A DNA stretch of 63,123 nucleotides from Acetobacteraceae bacterium (lineage in GTDB: Bacteria; Pseudomonadota; Alphaproteobacteria; Acetobacterales; Acetobacteraceae): the NCBI GenBank assembly GCA_035606775.1, contig DATNEJ010000019.1, forward strand, positions 1-63,123, in the 5' to 3' direction. Within the stretch, counting starts at the first letter, position 1. Every line of letters begins with the position of its first letter. Below, in pieces: positions 39,353 through 50,402 of this stretch. Position numbers and translations under genes: made by a program. The notes beneath the pieces are model-generated. The model saw only the letters and a list, made by a program, of their open reading frames with translations. It did not search any database and was not told where the DNA came from.

Positions 39353-40180
39353 TCAATTTCCGCAACCCCATTGCCCGGTTCGCCGAAAGCCGGGCAGGCC
39401 GAGGTGAGGCTGCGCGATCTGCGGGATCGCATCGCCGGCATCGAACGCGCCGGCCGGCGCGTCGGCGGAGCCAGGTCCATCCCCTTCGCCGTTCCGGCCA
39501 TCGACAGCGTCCTGCCCGATTCCGGCCTGGCAGTCGGGGCGTTGCACGAAATGGCAAGCGGAGGCGCGGACACCGCCGAAGGTTCGGCCGCCGCCCTTTT
39601 CGTGGCCGGCATCCTGACCCGCATGGAAGGGTCCGTGCTCTGGGCCATGGAGCACGGCGACCTGTTCGCTCCGGGCCTCGCCGGTGCCGGCCTGCATTCC
39701 GATCGTGTGGTGTTCGTCGAGGCTGACCGGCATGTCCTGTCAGTCATGGAAGAAGGGCTGCGTCATCCCGGGCTTGCCGCGGTCGTCGGTGAGATCACCG
39801 GCCGCCTGACCCTGGTCGCCTCACGCCGCCTGCAACTGGCCGCCGAGGCGACAGGCACACTGGCCATGGCGCTTCGCCGCAGTCCCAGGTTCGACGACCC
39901 GGTTTTGCGGGAACCGACCGCCGCCGTCACGCGCTGGCGGGTAGCGCCGCTCCCCTCGCCGCCTCCCTTGCCGCATGCGCCGGAAACGCCAGGGCTGGGA
40001 CGGGCGCGCTGGCAGCTTGATCTCGTTCGGTGCCGCGGCGGCCAGCCGGGGTCCTGGATTGTGGAGGCGTGCGATGCGACGGGTGGTCTCGCTCTGGTTG
40101 CCGACATGGCCGACAGACCAGATCAGGAAGCGGGACGCCGCACCGGCGTTGGACATGCCGCTGGTCACATCGCTGCATGA
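39347..40180 (+). CDS. imuA: ImuA damage-inducible mutagenesis protein (RecA-like)
   Basis: LRDRIAGIE, GLAVGALHE, DLFAPGLA..GL, MEEGLRHPGLAAVVGE, ASRRLQLAAE, TAAVTRWR; first gene of cassette; start codon uncertain. Confidence 0.88.
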   Translation: MFSISATPLPGSPKAGQAEVRLRDLRDRIAGIERAGRRVGGARSIPFAVPAIDSVLPDSGLAVGALHEMASGGADTAEGSAAALFVAGILTRMEGSVLWAMEHGDLFAPGLAGAGLHSDRVVFVEADRHVLSVMEEGLRHPGLAAVVGEITGRLTLVASRRLQLAAEATGTLAMALRRSPRFDDPVLREPTAAVTRWRVAPLPSPPPLPHAPETPGLGRARWQLDLVRCRGGQPGSWIVEACDATGGLALVADMADRPDQEAGRRTGVGHAAGHIAA

Positions 40181-41591
40181 TGGTCGCCGTCGGGTCATCG
40201 CCGCGGTGGACTCAGCGGCAGAAGCTGCGGGGCTGTACCCCGGCATGGACCTGGCACAGGCGAAAATCCTGATTCCCGGCCTGGCAGTCCACGAAGCCAC
40301 CCCGGCGCTCGATGAGGCCGCCCTGCAGCGGCTGACCGAGTGGTGCCTGCGTTATGCGCCGCTGGTCTCCGCCGCTCCGCCCGACGGGGTGTGGATCGAC
40401 ATCACCGGCACCGCGCATCTGCATGACGGGGAAAAGGCTCTGCTGCATGGCCTGGTCGCCCGCCTCGCCATCCACGGCGTCACCGCCCGTGCCGCCATTG
40501 CCGACACACCTGGCGCAGCCCATGCCCTGGCCCGGTTCCGGATGCGTGACGCAACGGTCGCGGCATCCGGAGAGACCGCCGCCGCCATCGCATCATTGCC
40601 GATCGAGGCGCTGCGCCTGACACCGGACATCCTCAGCGGACTGCGGCTGCTGGGTTTCGAGCAGGTGGGAAAGCTGGCCGCGACCCCACGCGCGCCCCTG
40701 GTCCGCCGCTTCGGTCCGCTGCTCTCCCTGCGGCTGGATCAGGCTTCGGGGGCAGTCTTCGAGCCGATCGTTCCGATTTTCCCGCCCGCCCTGGTGCAGG
40801 CGAGACTGACCTTCGTCGATCCGTTGATGACGGCCGAGTCCTTCCTTGCCGTCATTGACCGCCTGGCCGGCATGACCTGCACCGACCTGGAAAAAGCCGG
40901 CCAGGGCGCGCGCCGGCTGGATCTGCTGTTCGAGCGCGTCGATGGAACCATCCAGGCTGTTCGCGTCGGCACCGCCCGCGCATCGCGCAACAGCCGGCAC
41001 CTGGCACGCATGCTGGCCGAAAAGATCGAACTCATCGATCCGGGGCTTGGTGTGGAGGCCATGCGGCTGATCGTGTCGCTTGCCGATCCGCTGGCCTATG
41101 TCCAGGACGCCGTGCACCTGACGCAGGACGATCCCCCGACAAAGGATCTGGCACCGCTAATAGACCGGCTCGCCAATCGCCTCGGTGCTCGTCGGGTTTT
41201 CCGCGATATCCCGGTGGAGAGCGACGTGCCGGAGCGTTCCGTCCGCCGCGTGCCCGCCCTCGCGCCCCGTCGCGGAACCAAATGGCCGGCGGAGCTGCCG
41301 CGGCCGGTACGTCTGCTCGACCCGCCTCAGCCGGTGGATACCATGGCACTGCTGCCGGATTACCCACCGGTCGCCTTCACCTGGCGCCGCGTCCGCCATC
41401 GCATCAGGCGCGCAGACGGGCCGGAACGCATCGCCGGCGAATGGTGGCGCCATGATGCGGAAATGCGATTGGTCCGCGACTACTTCCGTCTGGAAGACGA
41501 GGACGGCCGCCGCTTCTGGCTGTTTCGCCGCGGCGATGGCGCCGACACCGCGACCGGCGACATGCGCTGGTTCCTGCACGGGTTCTTCTGA
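40074..41591 (+). CDS. imuB: ImuB, inactive Y-family DNA polymerase
   Basis: SD GGAGG; [70 protein letters not shown]. Confidence 0.92.
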   Translation: MRRVVSLWLPTWPTDQIRKRDAAPALDMPLVTSLHDGRRRVIAAVDSAAEAAGLYPGMDLAQAKILIPGLAVHEATPALDEAALQRLTEWCLRYAPLVSAAPPDGVWIDITGTAHLHDGEKALLHGLVARLAIHGVTARAAIADTPGAAHALARFRMRDATVAASGETAAAIASLPIEALRLTPDILSGLRLLGFEQVGKLAATPRAPLVRRFGPLLSLRLDQASGAVFEPIVPIFPPALVQARLTFVDPLMTAESFLAVIDRLAGMTCTDLEKAGQGARRLDLLFERVDGTIQAVRVGTARASRNSRHLARMLAEKIELIDPGLGVEAMRLIVSLADPLAYVQDAVHLTQDDPPTKDLAPLIDRLANRLGARRVFRDIPVESDVPERSVRRVPALAPRRGTKWPAELPRPVRLLDPPQPVDTMALLPDYPPVAFTWRRVRHRIRRADGPERIAGEWWRHDAEMRLVRDYFRLEDEDGRRFWLFRRGDGADTATGDMRWFLHGFF

Positions 41592-41596
41592 AAACC

Positions 41597-44500
41597 ATGA
41601 AGGACCCTGCCGCCTATGTCGAACTGCAGGTCACCACCAATTACTCGTTCCTGCGTGGTGCCTCGCATGTCGAGGAACTGCTCGCCCAGGCCGCTCTCCT
41701 CGGCATGCCCGCTCTCGCCGTCACCGACCGCAATTCCCTGGCCGGCATCGTCCGGGCGCATCAGCGCGCCCAGGAAGCAGGTGTGCGGCTGATCGTCGGC
41801 TGCCGCCTGGACCTGACGGAGGGCTTGTCGGTCCTGGCCTACCCGACCGATCGGCCGGCCTATTCGCGGCTGACCCGCCTGCTCACCATCGGCAAGGGAC
41901 GCGCCGGCAAAGGCGCCTGCGATCTCGGCTGGGACGATCTTGTGCAACACAATGACGGGTTGATCGCCATTCTGTGCACTGGGATCACGGCGGAAAGCCT
42001 GCAAAGGCTGCGCGCCGATTTCGGCGACCGGGGCTACGCCGCCCTGACCCCGCGCCGCCGCCCGGATGACGCTGTTCGTCTTCGCACCACCGCCGATCTG
42101 GCCCAGGTGGCGCGCGTCCCCACCGTCGCGACCAACGACGTTCTCTACCACGTGCCGGAACGCCGTATCCTGCAGGACGTCCTCACCTGCATCCGTGAAG
42201 GCTGCACCATCGATGAGGCCGGCTTCCGGCGTGAACGCTCGGTCGATCGCCATCTGCTTCCGCCCGATGAGGCGGCCCGCCTGTTTTCCAGGCATGCGGA
42301 TGCCGTCGCCCGCACGCAGGAGATCGCCGATCGCTGCCGGTTCTCATTGGACGAACTGCGCTACCAGTACCCGCACGAGACCAGGATTCCCGGTCTGACC
42401 GCACAGCAGACACTGGAACGCCTGACATGGGAGGGAGCTGCGCATCGCTACCCCGGCACCGTGCCGGAAAATGTCGTGACGCAGCTTCGGCATGAACTCG
42501 GACTGATCGACCAACTGGGCTACGCACCCTATTTCCTGACAGTCCACAACATCGTCCGCTTCTCCGAGTCCCAGGGCATCCTCTGCCAGGGCCGCGGTTC
42601 CGCTGCCAACTCCGCCGTCTGCTACGTGCTCCGCATTACCGCCATCGATCCGGTTCGCAGCGGCCTGCTGTTCGAGCGCTTCATCAGCGCCGACCGCAAG
42701 GAACCGCCCGACATCGACGTCGATTTCGAGCATGAACGGCGCGAGGACGTCATTCAGTGGATCTACAAAACCTATGGAGCCCAGCGCGCGGCGCTGTGCG
42801 CCACTGTCATCCGCTATCGCAGCCGCGGCGCGGTCCGCGATGTCGGCAAGGCGCTCGGCCTGACGGATGACGTGACCGGCGCACTCGCCTCACAAGCTTC
42901 GGGCTGGAGCCAGGAAGGAGTCGCCGAGGAAGACGCCGCTGCCCTGAACTTCAATATGCAGGATCGCCGCCTGCGCCTGACCCTGGAACTCACCCGCCAA
43001 CTGATCGGCTTTCCGCGCCATCTGTCGCAGCATCCGGGCGGCTTCGTGCTGACCGAGGACCGCCTGGATGAGCTTGTGCCGATCGAGCCTGCTCGCATGG
43101 CGGACCGGCAGGTCATCGAGTGGGATAAGGACGATATCGACGCCTTGCGTTTCATGAAGGTCGATGTCCTTGGCCTTGGTATGCTGGGCTGCATGCGCCG
43201 CGCGTTCAACCTTCTGGCGGAACATCGCGCCCTTGACCTGAACCTCGCCACCATTCCGGCCGAGGATCCGGCAACCTATGACATGATCTGCAAGGCCGAC
43301 ACGCTGGGAACATTCCAGATCGAATCGCGTGCGCAGATGTCTATGCTGCCGCGGCTGAAACCGCGCCTCTTCTATGACCTCGTCATTCAGATCGCGATCG
43401 TGCGCCCCGGGCCGATCCAGGGCGACATGGTGCATCCCTATCTGCGCCGGCGCGAAAAACTGGACCCTGTCACCTATCCCCAACCTGAACTGCGTAAGGT
43501 ACTCGGCAAGACCCTGGGTGTGCCGCTGTTCCAGGAACAGGCGATGCAGGTTGCCATTGTCTGCGCCGGCTTTACGCCGAGCGAGGCAGATGCACTTCGT
43601 CGCAGCATGGCGACGTTCAAGGCCACCGGCGGCGTCTCGCATTTCCGGGAAAAGCTGATCGCGGGGATGACCAGGCGGGGTTACGATCAGCAGGTCGCAA
43701 GCAGGATCGTCTCGCAGATTGAAGGCTTCGGCAGCTACGGTTTCCCCGAAAGCCATGCTGCCAGCTTCGCATTGATCGCCTATGCCTCGGCCTGGATAAA
43801 ATGCCATCACCCGGACGTGTTCTGCTGCGCGCTTCTGAACGCGCAGCCGATGGGTTTCTACGCGCCCGCGCAGATCGTGCGCGATGCACGTGAACATGGT
43901 GTCGAGGTTCGGCCGGTATCGGTGAACTACTCGGTGTGGGACTGCACGCTTGAACCGTCCGACGGACCGATGCTTGCCGTGCGACTGGGTTTTCGCATGG
44001 TGAAAGGTTTGGCGGAGACACACGCCAAAAAACTGATCGACAACCGAGGGACAGGCTACCGGTCGGTCAGAAGCCTGTGGCAGCGGGTTGCGGTGCCGGT
44101 TGCCGCACTGGAGCGTCTGGCGGAGGCGGATGCGTTCGGGTCTCTCGGAATGATACCAGCAGCCTGCAGGGCTGACTGGTATGCGCGCAGGGTTGCCCAG
44201 GGGGTAAGGTTCGCGGCTGCGCGCGAAATCAATGACATACCAGCGGCCCGACAATCGACCGACGAATCAAGATTGCGGGCCGCTGGTATGACGCGCCGCG
44301 AAGCCCTATGGGCGATCCGCGGCCTGTCGGATTTGCGGCTGCCGCTGTTCGATGCAGGCGCGCCATCCGACGGCGATGAGAATGACGGCGAGGCCTCCGT
44401 CAATCTGGCCCCCATGACTGCCGGCCGCGAAGTCGTGGAAGACTATCGCAGTGTCCGGCTCAGTCTGCGGCAGCATCCGGTTTCCTTCCTGCGGGGCGAT

Positions 44501-44983
44501 CTCGACGCACAGCGCATCGTCCGTTGTGCCGATCTGGCGCGGATGGACGACGGCATGCGCCTCTCCGTCGCCGGCATCGTACTGGTGCGACAGAGGCCCG
44601 GTAGCGCCCGAGGTGTGCTGTTCGTCACCATCGAGGATGAGACCGGCCATGCCAATCTGATCGTCTGGTCATCGGTGTTCGAGACGCAGCGCCGCCTTGT
44701 CCTGTCAGCGCGAATGCTGGCCTGTCGCGGCAGGCTTCAGCGGGAGAGCAACGTCATTCACGTTATCGCCGAACATCTGACCGATCTGTCCGGGCTTCTG
44801 CAGAGTGTCGAGCAGAGGGGTCCAGACTCTTCCATGGCCGGCAACCGCAGCGATGCCGTGCAGCGTGCCGGCAACGCAGATCATGGCCAGAGATTCGGAG
44901 CGCGCCACGTCCGCGTCGACAGACAGGCGGAGCACGAGAGCATGTTGCGCGGAATCAAGGTATCGACGCGCGACTTCCGGTAG
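41597..44983 (+). CDS. dnaE2: Error-prone DNA polymerase DnaE2 (ImuC), carrying a 46-aa in-frame insertion
   Basis: [78 protein letters not shown], terminal STRDFR. Confidence 0.96.
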   Translation: MKDPAAYVELQVTTNYSFLRGASHVEELLAQAALLGMPALAVTDRNSLAGIVRAHQRAQEAGVRLIVGCRLDLTEGLSVLAYPTDRPAYSRLTRLLTIGKGRAGKGACDLGWDDLVQHNDGLIAILCTGITAESLQRLRADFGDRGYAALTPRRRPDDAVRLRTTADLAQVARVPTVATNDVLYHVPERRILQDVLTCIREGCTIDEAGFRRERSVDRHLLPPDEAARLFSRHADAVARTQEIADRCRFSLDELRYQYPHETRIPGLTAQQTLERLTWEGAAHRYPGTVPENVVTQLRHELGLIDQLGYAPYFLTVHNIVRFSESQGILCQGRGSAANSAVCYVLRITAIDPVRSGLLFERFISADRKEPPDIDVDFEHERREDVIQWIYKTYGAQRAALCATVIRYRSRGAVRDVGKALGLTDDVTGALASQASGWSQEGVAEEDAAALNFNMQDRRLRLTLELTRQLIGFPRHLSQHPGGFVLTEDRLDELVPIEPARMADRQVIEWDKDDIDALRFMKVDVLGLGMLGCMRRAFNLLAEHRALDLNLATIPAEDPATYDMICKADTLGTFQIESRAQMSMLPRLKPRLFYDLVIQIAIVRPGPIQGDMVHPYLRRREKLDPVTYPQPELRKVLGKTLGVPLFQEQAMQVAIVCAGFTPSEADALRRSMATFKATGGVSHFREKLIAGMTRRGYDQQVASRIVSQIEGFGSYGFPESHAASFALIAYASAWIKCHHPDVFCCALLNAQPMGFYAPAQIVRDAREHGVEVRPVSVNYSVWDCTLEPSDGPMLAVRLGFRMVKGLAETHAKKLIDNRGTGYRSVRSLWQRVAVPVAALERLAEADAFGSLGMIPAACRADWYARRVAQGVRFAAAREINDIPAARQSTDESRLRAAGMTRREALWAIRGLSDLRLPLFDAGAPSDGDENDGEASVNLAPMTAGREVVEDYRSVRLSLRQHPVSFLRGDLDAQRIVRCADLARMDDGMRLSVAGIVLVRQRPGSARGVLFVTIEDETGHANLIVWSSVFETQRRLVLSARMLACRGRLQRESNVIHVIAEHLTDLSGLLQSVEQRGPDSSMAGNRSDAVQRAGNADHGQRFGARHVRVDRQAEHESMLRGIKVSTRDFR
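44153..44290. mobile_element. 138-bp palindromic MITE/RPE-like element inserted in frame in dnaE2
   Basis: Terminal inverted repeat ATACCAGCAGCC / GGCCGCTGGTAT (11 of 12), three internal hairpins, ATGA present at both junctions (44150-53, 44288-91); removing it restores the canonical-looking ...[20 protein letters not shown]. Confidence 0.75.
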
Positions 44984-45028
44984 GCGGTATGATTGCCTAG
45001 CCCGCGTGCCCGGGGGCCGATGCAATGT

Positions 45029-45838
45029 TCACTGGCCGGCCATCCGGAATCCAACATCCGAAGGAGTCATTTTCTCCAACTGGTTCAGCGGCTTGCCCAG
45101 GTATTGTTCCAGAAGTTCTCCCGCGGGGCCATCGCCCTGCACGCGTCCCTGGTCCAGCCAGAGTGCGCGCGTGCACCATTTCTGTATGATATCTGCCTGG
45201 TGGCTGGAGAGGACCAGGATTTCCGCACCGCGGACCATTGCCTCCAGCCGATGGCGCGCCTTTTCCATGAATGTCGCGTCACCCGCCAGGAACCACTCAT
45301 CCATGAGCAGGATCTGCGGCTTGATTGCGGTCGCCAGCGCAAAGCCAAGCCGTATGACCATACCGGCGGAGTAGATGCGCACGGGGAGGTCGATGAAATC
45401 GGCCAGTTCGGCGAATTCGGCCACGTCTTCCTCAAGACGCGGCAGCATGGAGCGGGGCAGACCATTATAGAGGCCGCGCAGAAGTATATTCTCCCGCCCG
45501 GTCAGCTCCATGTTCATTCCCAGGCTCGGGTCCAGCAATGCGTTCAGGCTTCCCTGCACGCGCACCCGCCCGGTGACCGGTTCATAGATTCCCGCCAGCA
45601 CACGCAGCAACGTCGTCTTGCCTGCGCCATTCGGTCCGATCAGGCCAAGGCGATCACCGCTGTTCAAGGTCAGGTTGATATCGCGCAGCGCCTGGACCAC
45701 CACACGATGCTGCTGGTCCTGCCCCAGCCGCCCCGACGCAGCGGCCACAACCAGCTTTTTCAGGCTGCGGGAGCTGCCGTGATACAAAGGAAAGAGGACG
45801 GACACGTCCTGCACGTCGATGCGCGCATGATGGCTCAT
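45029..45838 (-). CDS. wzt: Polysaccharide/polyol-phosphate ABC exporter ATP-binding subunit (Wzt-like)
   Basis: ALRDINL, GPNGAGKTTLL, LTGRENI, YSAGM..RLGFA, LLMDEW, SSH; no C-terminal carbohydrate-binding domain. Confidence 0.88.
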   Translation of the reverse strand: MSHHARIDVQDVSVLFPLYHGSSRSLKKLVVAAASGRLGQDQQHRVVVQALRDINLTLNSGDRLGLIGPNGAGKTTLLRVLAGIYEPVTGRVRVQGSLNALLDPSLGMNMELTGRENILLRGLYNGLPRSMLPRLEEDVAEFAELADFIDLPVRIYSAGMVIRLGFALATAIKPQILLMDEWFLAGDATFMEKARHRLEAMVRGAEILVLSSHQADIIQKWCTRALWLDQGRVQGDGPAGELLEQYLGKPLNQLEKMTPSDVGFRMAGQ

Positions 45839-45841
45839 TCT

Positions 45842-46696
45842 CTAAATCCAGAACGTGATTCGGCCGCGCGCACGGACAAAGAACGCCCAGGCAATGCTGC
45901 ACAAGGCCAGGCTATAGACCCCGGCGCCGATCCAGGTCGCGGCCGACGCATTTTGTCCAAGCAGCGGGCCGCGCACGATTTCAATCAGGTCGTAGAACGG
46001 ATTGAACGGCAGCGTGCTGGCAGCCTTGCCGAGCTGCTCCGGCTTCCAGATGACCGGTGTGACGAAAAAGGCGATCTGCATCACGCTGTTCACAATCGGC
46101 AGGATGTCCCGGAACCGCGCGCAGAACGCCCCCAGCAGCAGCGTCAATAAAAGCGCATCGACAATCCAGACCAGCAGTCCCGGCATGATCATCAGCCAGT
46201 TCCAGCTCGGCCACTGCGAAAACACCACGAAGACGACCACGATCACCAGAATATTGTGACCCAGCACCATCACGTTGCGGATCAGGGTCCGCAGAGCAAA
46301 CACGAAGAACGGCATGCGCACGGACCGGACCACGGCTTCCGCCTCGGTGAACGCACCGCACGATTCCGACACCATCGACGCCAGGAATGCCCACAACACC
46401 TGCGACAGCGCGAGAAATGGCAGGTAGTCGTGAACGTCCATGTGAAACAGCGTGGCGTACAGAACGCCGAGTGCCGCCACCATGACACCGGTGGAGATCG
46501 TGAGCCAGAACGGGCCAAGCATCGAGCCGCGATAGCGCAACCTGATGTCCAGCCAGCCTAGCGCCCAGGCGAGGCGCCAGAGACGCAGCCCCGCCTTGAC
46601 GTCTTCGACCGCCAGCCGCAGGCGCGTGCCGATCGACATGGCGGCGTGCAGGTCCAGCACCGCGCCCTTGGCGGCGAGAGTAACCGTGTTGCTCAT
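45842..46696 (-). CDS. wzm: ABC-2 type polysaccharide exporter permease (Wzm-like)
   Basis: DIRLRYRGSMLGPFW, ARFRDI, FFVTPVIW, NPFY...IVRGPLLG. Confidence 0.88.
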   Translation of the reverse strand: MSNTVTLAAKGAVLDLHAAMSIGTRLRLAVEDVKAGLRLWRLAWALGWLDIRLRYRGSMLGPFWLTISTGVMVAALGVLYATLFHMDVHDYLPFLALSQVLWAFLASMVSESCGAFTEAEAVVRSVRMPFFVFALRTLIRNVMVLGHNILVIVVVFVVFSQWPSWNWLMIMPGLLVWIVDALLLTLLLGAFCARFRDILPIVNSVMQIAFFVTPVIWKPEQLGKAASTLPFNPFYDLIEIVRGPLLGQNASAATWIGAGVYSLALCSIAWAFFVRARGRITFWI

Positions 46697-46960
46697 GAGC
46701 AGCAGGGCGATAGACCATCGGCTCGCGGGCAGCAACCGGTTCGCCGGCCCGAGAGGCCCAGCAGGCGCCTGCTGCCCGGACGCTAAATTCCCGGCCGAGA
46801 TGACTTGCAAGAAAGACTGATTTGGGTTAGGGGGTTAGGAACCTTTCCTGACTGCCTACCTGAGCGGTTGCCGGTAACGGTAGCCGCGTTCGTTGGTTTT
46901 AGCGGACCGCATCGTCATGCGGGACCGTGGGAGGCCGATGTCCGAGACGGAGGAAACCGG

Positions 46961-48100
46961 GTGCGCCGTTCCAGAACACGTGTACTCAGCGTCATCGGGA
47001 ACCTTTCGCTGATCGCAGCGCTGGCCGCCTGCAGTAGCCACGGCCCCCATCAGAGCGCCACCCAGGCGGCTGCCCGCTATATTGCCCATGCGCGCGGTAA
47101 CTACATACCGCCTGGACCGGCCGAGGACCCTTGGGGACCGTATATACGTGAGGCTTCCACCCGATTCGACATACCGGACGTGTGGATACGATCCCTGATG
47201 CGGGTCGAATCCGGCGGCAAGGAGTACCTGAACGGGCAACTGATCACCTCGAGCGCCGGAGCCATGGGGCTCATGCAGGTGATGCCCGGCACGTACGAGG
47301 AACTTCGCGACCGGTACAACCTCGGCGATGACCCGTTCAACCCGCACGACAACATCATGGCCGGCGTAGCCTATATGCGGGAGATGTACGACATCTATGG
47401 CTCGCCTGGCTTCCTGGCGGCCTACAACGCCGGCCCTAACCGCCTGGACGACTATCTGTCGAACAACCGGCCGCTGCCGGACGAGACCCGGCGCTACGTG
47501 GCCATGATCGGGCCGAGCCTGCTGGGGGTGTATCCGCATGTCCGGTCTCCGGCAGAGCAGTACGCGATGAACGCGTTGCCCATCAACATTCCGCCGGGCA
47601 TCCGCTACGGACGGGCCTCCCGGTACGCCGACAACAATGGCGGCGGCCGGGTTCCGCAGCGCCGTCCGATCGAGGTCGCGCAGTTGCCTGAGCCACCACG
47701 GGCGCAAAGCCAGGGCTCTCACCAGCAATACGCGGCCCTTGTCACACCGCCGCCCCCCGCCCCGCAGCCACGGGTGTCCTTCCGGTTCATCCCCTCCGCC
47801 AACGCGGCCGAGGCCGTGCCGATCCATCGTGCGGGCGGCGCCGCAGGCCAATGGGCGATCCAGGTAGGCGCCTTCACCTCTCACGCCCAGGCTCAGGCCG
47901 CGCTCGGCATCGCGCGGCAGCAGGGACGCGCCGCCCTCGCCTCGGCTCATCCCTCGGTGTCACCCGTTCGGCAGTCCCACGGCGTGCTGTGGCGTGCGCG
48001 CATGACAGGCTTGTCCCGTGAGTCGGCCGTTCAGGCCTGTGGCCACATCGCGCACGGCCGGGCGAACTGCATCGTGCTTTCGCCGGACGCACAGAGCTAA
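46961..48100 (+). CDS. Lytic transglycosylase (SLT) lipoprotein with C-terminal SPOR domain
   Basis: SD GGAGGA before GTG 46961; lipobox LAAC; MRVESGG, SSAGAMGLMQVMP, AAYNAGP, ETRRYV; SPOR WAIQVGAF...WRARMTGL...AC. Confidence 0.88.
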   Translation: MRRSRTRVLSVIGNLSLIAALAACSSHGPHQSATQAAARYIAHARGNYIPPGPAEDPWGPYIREASTRFDIPDVWIRSLMRVESGGKEYLNGQLITSSAGAMGLMQVMPGTYEELRDRYNLGDDPFNPHDNIMAGVAYMREMYDIYGSPGFLAAYNAGPNRLDDYLSNNRPLPDETRRYVAMIGPSLLGVYPHVRSPAEQYAMNALPINIPPGIRYGRASRYADNNGGGRVPQRRPIEVAQLPEPPRAQSQGSHQQYAALVTPPPPAPQPRVSFRFIPSANAAEAVPIHRAGGAAGQWAIQVGAFTSHAQAQAALGIARQQGRAALASAHPSVSPVRQSHGVLWRARMTGLSRESAVQACGHIAHGRANCIVLSPDAQS

Positions 48101-48344
48101 CCCCGGTACCACGCCGTCGGGGCGAAAAGGCCTCGAACTGCCGCGACCTCGTAACTATGTGTTCGGCCGTGCGGCTCGTGGCCCCCGCGTTCCTCGACTT
48201 GCGCTCGCGGCACAACGGGGGTCATCAAGCGCATGCGCGGGTGGGCAGCGCCTGGCTTCGTGACGGAAAGGGCCAGCCGCGAACTCTCTGGCGTACGACG
48301 GAGGTTGGAGCGCAGGACAGGATAGTGAACGGAGAGGTATCGTC

Positions 48345-49487
48345 TTGACGTCCCCGGCGCCTGCGGCACCCCCGCCAGACTGGCAGATTCGCCGAACCAG
48401 TGAAGGCAATGTCCTCGTTCTCAGCGGGGACTGGATTGCGCAGTCCGGCCATGTCCCGGCTTTTTCCGCCAGTAATCTGACCGATATCAGGGTCGGGGAC
48501 ACGCTCAGGTTCGATACGGCCCGCCTGGGCCGTTGGGACAGCGGGCTCGTCTGCTTCCTCTGGGACGCCAAGCGCGCCGCCTCCGGCGTGGGGCTTGCCC
48601 TCGATAACCAGACCTTGCCCGACGCCGCCCGGCGGCTGTTGGCCCTGCTGCCCGAAGCGTTGCCGGAACCGCAAAGGCCGCACCGGCGGCGCATCCAGCC
48701 GTTCAACTGGTTCGGCGGAAAGACGATCGGGATGTTCGCCGAGATCGGGGCGGTCACCCAGATGGTGGCGGCGACGGTCGGGGGCAGCCTGCGCGCCGTG
48801 ATTGCGAAGGCGTTGATCCGGGCCGTCGATCTGTTCGCCGATATCCGCGCCGCCGGCCCCTCCGCGCTGCTGATCGTCAGCGTGGTCAACTTCCTGATCG
48901 GTGCCATCCTGGCTTTCGTCGGCGCGGTGCAGCTTCGCAAATTTGCCGCCGATATCTTCGTTGCCAACCTGGTGGCGATCGCCCTCGTGCGAGAAATGAG
49001 CGCGGTCATGACAGCGATCGTCATGGCGGGGCGAACCGGGGGCGCCTATGCCGCGCGCATCGCGACGATGCGTGGCAACGAGGAGCTCGATGCGCTGGAG
49101 GTCGTGGGCATCCCGGCCTCCGACTATATCATCCTGCCGTCGGTCCTGGCTCTCGTTCTCACAATGCCGCTTCTCTACCTATATGGCTGCCTGGTCGGGA
49201 TGCTGGGCGGCTTCACGGTTTCCATTTCGATGCTGGACGTAACGGCGCTGGGCTTCCTGAACCAGACGATCGACGCTGTGCCCTTCGATCAGTTCGTATT
49301 CGGCTTCGTCAAGACGATCGCATTTGCCATCATGATTGGCGTGACAAGCTGCCGGATAGGCCTGAAGGCAGGGCGAAGCGCGGCGGATGTCGGCACGGCG
49401 GCGACACGCGCGGTCGTGGTCGGCATCGTCGGCGTCATCGCGATGGATGCGATCTTCGCTGTCATCGCCGATACCATCGGGATCTGA
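48345..49487 (+). CDS. mlaE: MlaE family lipid ABC transporter permease with N-terminal STAS-like domain
   Basis: LSGDW, WDSGLV, VREMSAVMTAIVMAGRTGGAYAARIATM..NEELDAL, VGTAATRAVV. Confidence 0.88.
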   Translation: MTSPAPAAPPPDWQIRRTSEGNVLVLSGDWIAQSGHVPAFSASNLTDIRVGDTLRFDTARLGRWDSGLVCFLWDAKRAASGVGLALDNQTLPDAARRLLALLPEALPEPQRPHRRRIQPFNWFGGKTIGMFAEIGAVTQMVAATVGGSLRAVIAKALIRAVDLFADIRAAGPSALLIVSVVNFLIGAILAFVGAVQLRKFAADIFVANLVAIALVREMSAVMTAIVMAGRTGGAYAARIATMRGNEELDALEVVGIPASDYIILPSVLALVLTMPLLYLYGCLVGMLGGFTVSISMLDVTALGFLNQTIDAVPFDQFVFGFVKTIAFAIMIGVTSCRIGLKAGRSAADVGTAATRAVVVGIVGVIAMDAIFAVIADTIGI

Positions 49488-49490
49488 CGA

Positions 49491-50291
49491 TTGAGCAGCC
49501 CGCACGCCACGTCGCCGAACGAACCGGCACTGCTGGCTGCGCGGGATCTCACGCTCGCCTTTGGGCCGAAGGTCATTCAGCACGACCTGTCGTTCGACGT
49601 GCGGCGCGGCAGCATCTTCGCCGTCATGGGCGGCAGCGGCTGCGGCAAGAGCACAGTGCTGAAATCCATGATCGGCCTGCTGCCGCCACGCACCGGCCAC
49701 GTGATGGTGGATGGCGAAGATTACTGGGCCGGCAGCGAGCAGCGAAGAACCGAGATCGGCCGCCGGCGCTTCGGCGTCTTGTTTCAGAACTCGGCACTGT
49801 GGAGCGGCCTGACCGTTGGCATGAACGTCGCATTGCCGATGCAGATGTTTACCAGGCTGGATGAAGACTCCATCCGCCGCCTCGTGATGCTCAAGCTGAG
49901 CCTGGTGGGCATGGAGCACGCGGTCGACCTGCTTCCCGCGGAACTGAGCGGCGGCATGCGCAAGCGCGCAGGGCTGGCGCGGGCACTGGCGCTCGATCCG
50001 GATATCCTGTTCTTCGATGAGCCTTCCGCGGGACTCGACCCGATCACGTCACGCCGACTCGACGATCTGATCGTCAACCTACGTGACGGCCTCGGCGCCA
50101 CGATCGTCATCGTCAGCCATGAACTGCCGAGCCTGTTTGCCATCGCCGACGACGGGGTGTTTCTGGATGCGCAGACGAAGACGGCCATCGCGCACGGCTC
50201 TCCGTCATCGTTGCGGGACACCTGCGCTGATCCGCAGGTGCAGGCCTTCATGCGGCGCGAGCAACTCGATGCCAACACCGGCGGGCCATAA
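49491..50291 (+). CDS. mlaF: MlaF family ABC ATP-binding protein
   Basis: GGSGCGKST, GVLFQ..ALW, ELSGGMRKRAGLARALALDP, FDEPSAGLDP, VSH. Confidence 0.9.
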   Translation: MSSPHATSPNEPALLAARDLTLAFGPKVIQHDLSFDVRRGSIFAVMGGSGCGKSTVLKSMIGLLPPRTGHVMVDGEDYWAGSEQRRTEIGRRRFGVLFQNSALWSGLTVGMNVALPMQMFTRLDEDSIRRLVMLKLSLVGMEHAVDLLPAELSGGMRKRAGLARALALDPDILFFDEPSAGLDPITSRRLDDLIVNLRDGLGATIVIVSHELPSLFAIADDGVFLDAQTKTAIAHGSPSSLRDTCADPQVQAFMRREQLDANTGGP

Positions 50292-50402
50292 CAGGAACAT
50301 GACTGGCACGACCATGATCTGGCAAACAGCCGATTTCAGAGAACGATTGCCGTCCCCGCGGTCCCGGCCTGGGCACGCGTGCTTCTATGAGGGGTAAACG
50401 AC

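Noticed and set aside
44153-44290. Intein in DnaE2
   Set aside because: 46 aa is too short; no N-terminal Cys/Ser or C-terminal His-Asn; the structure is at the DNA palindrome level.
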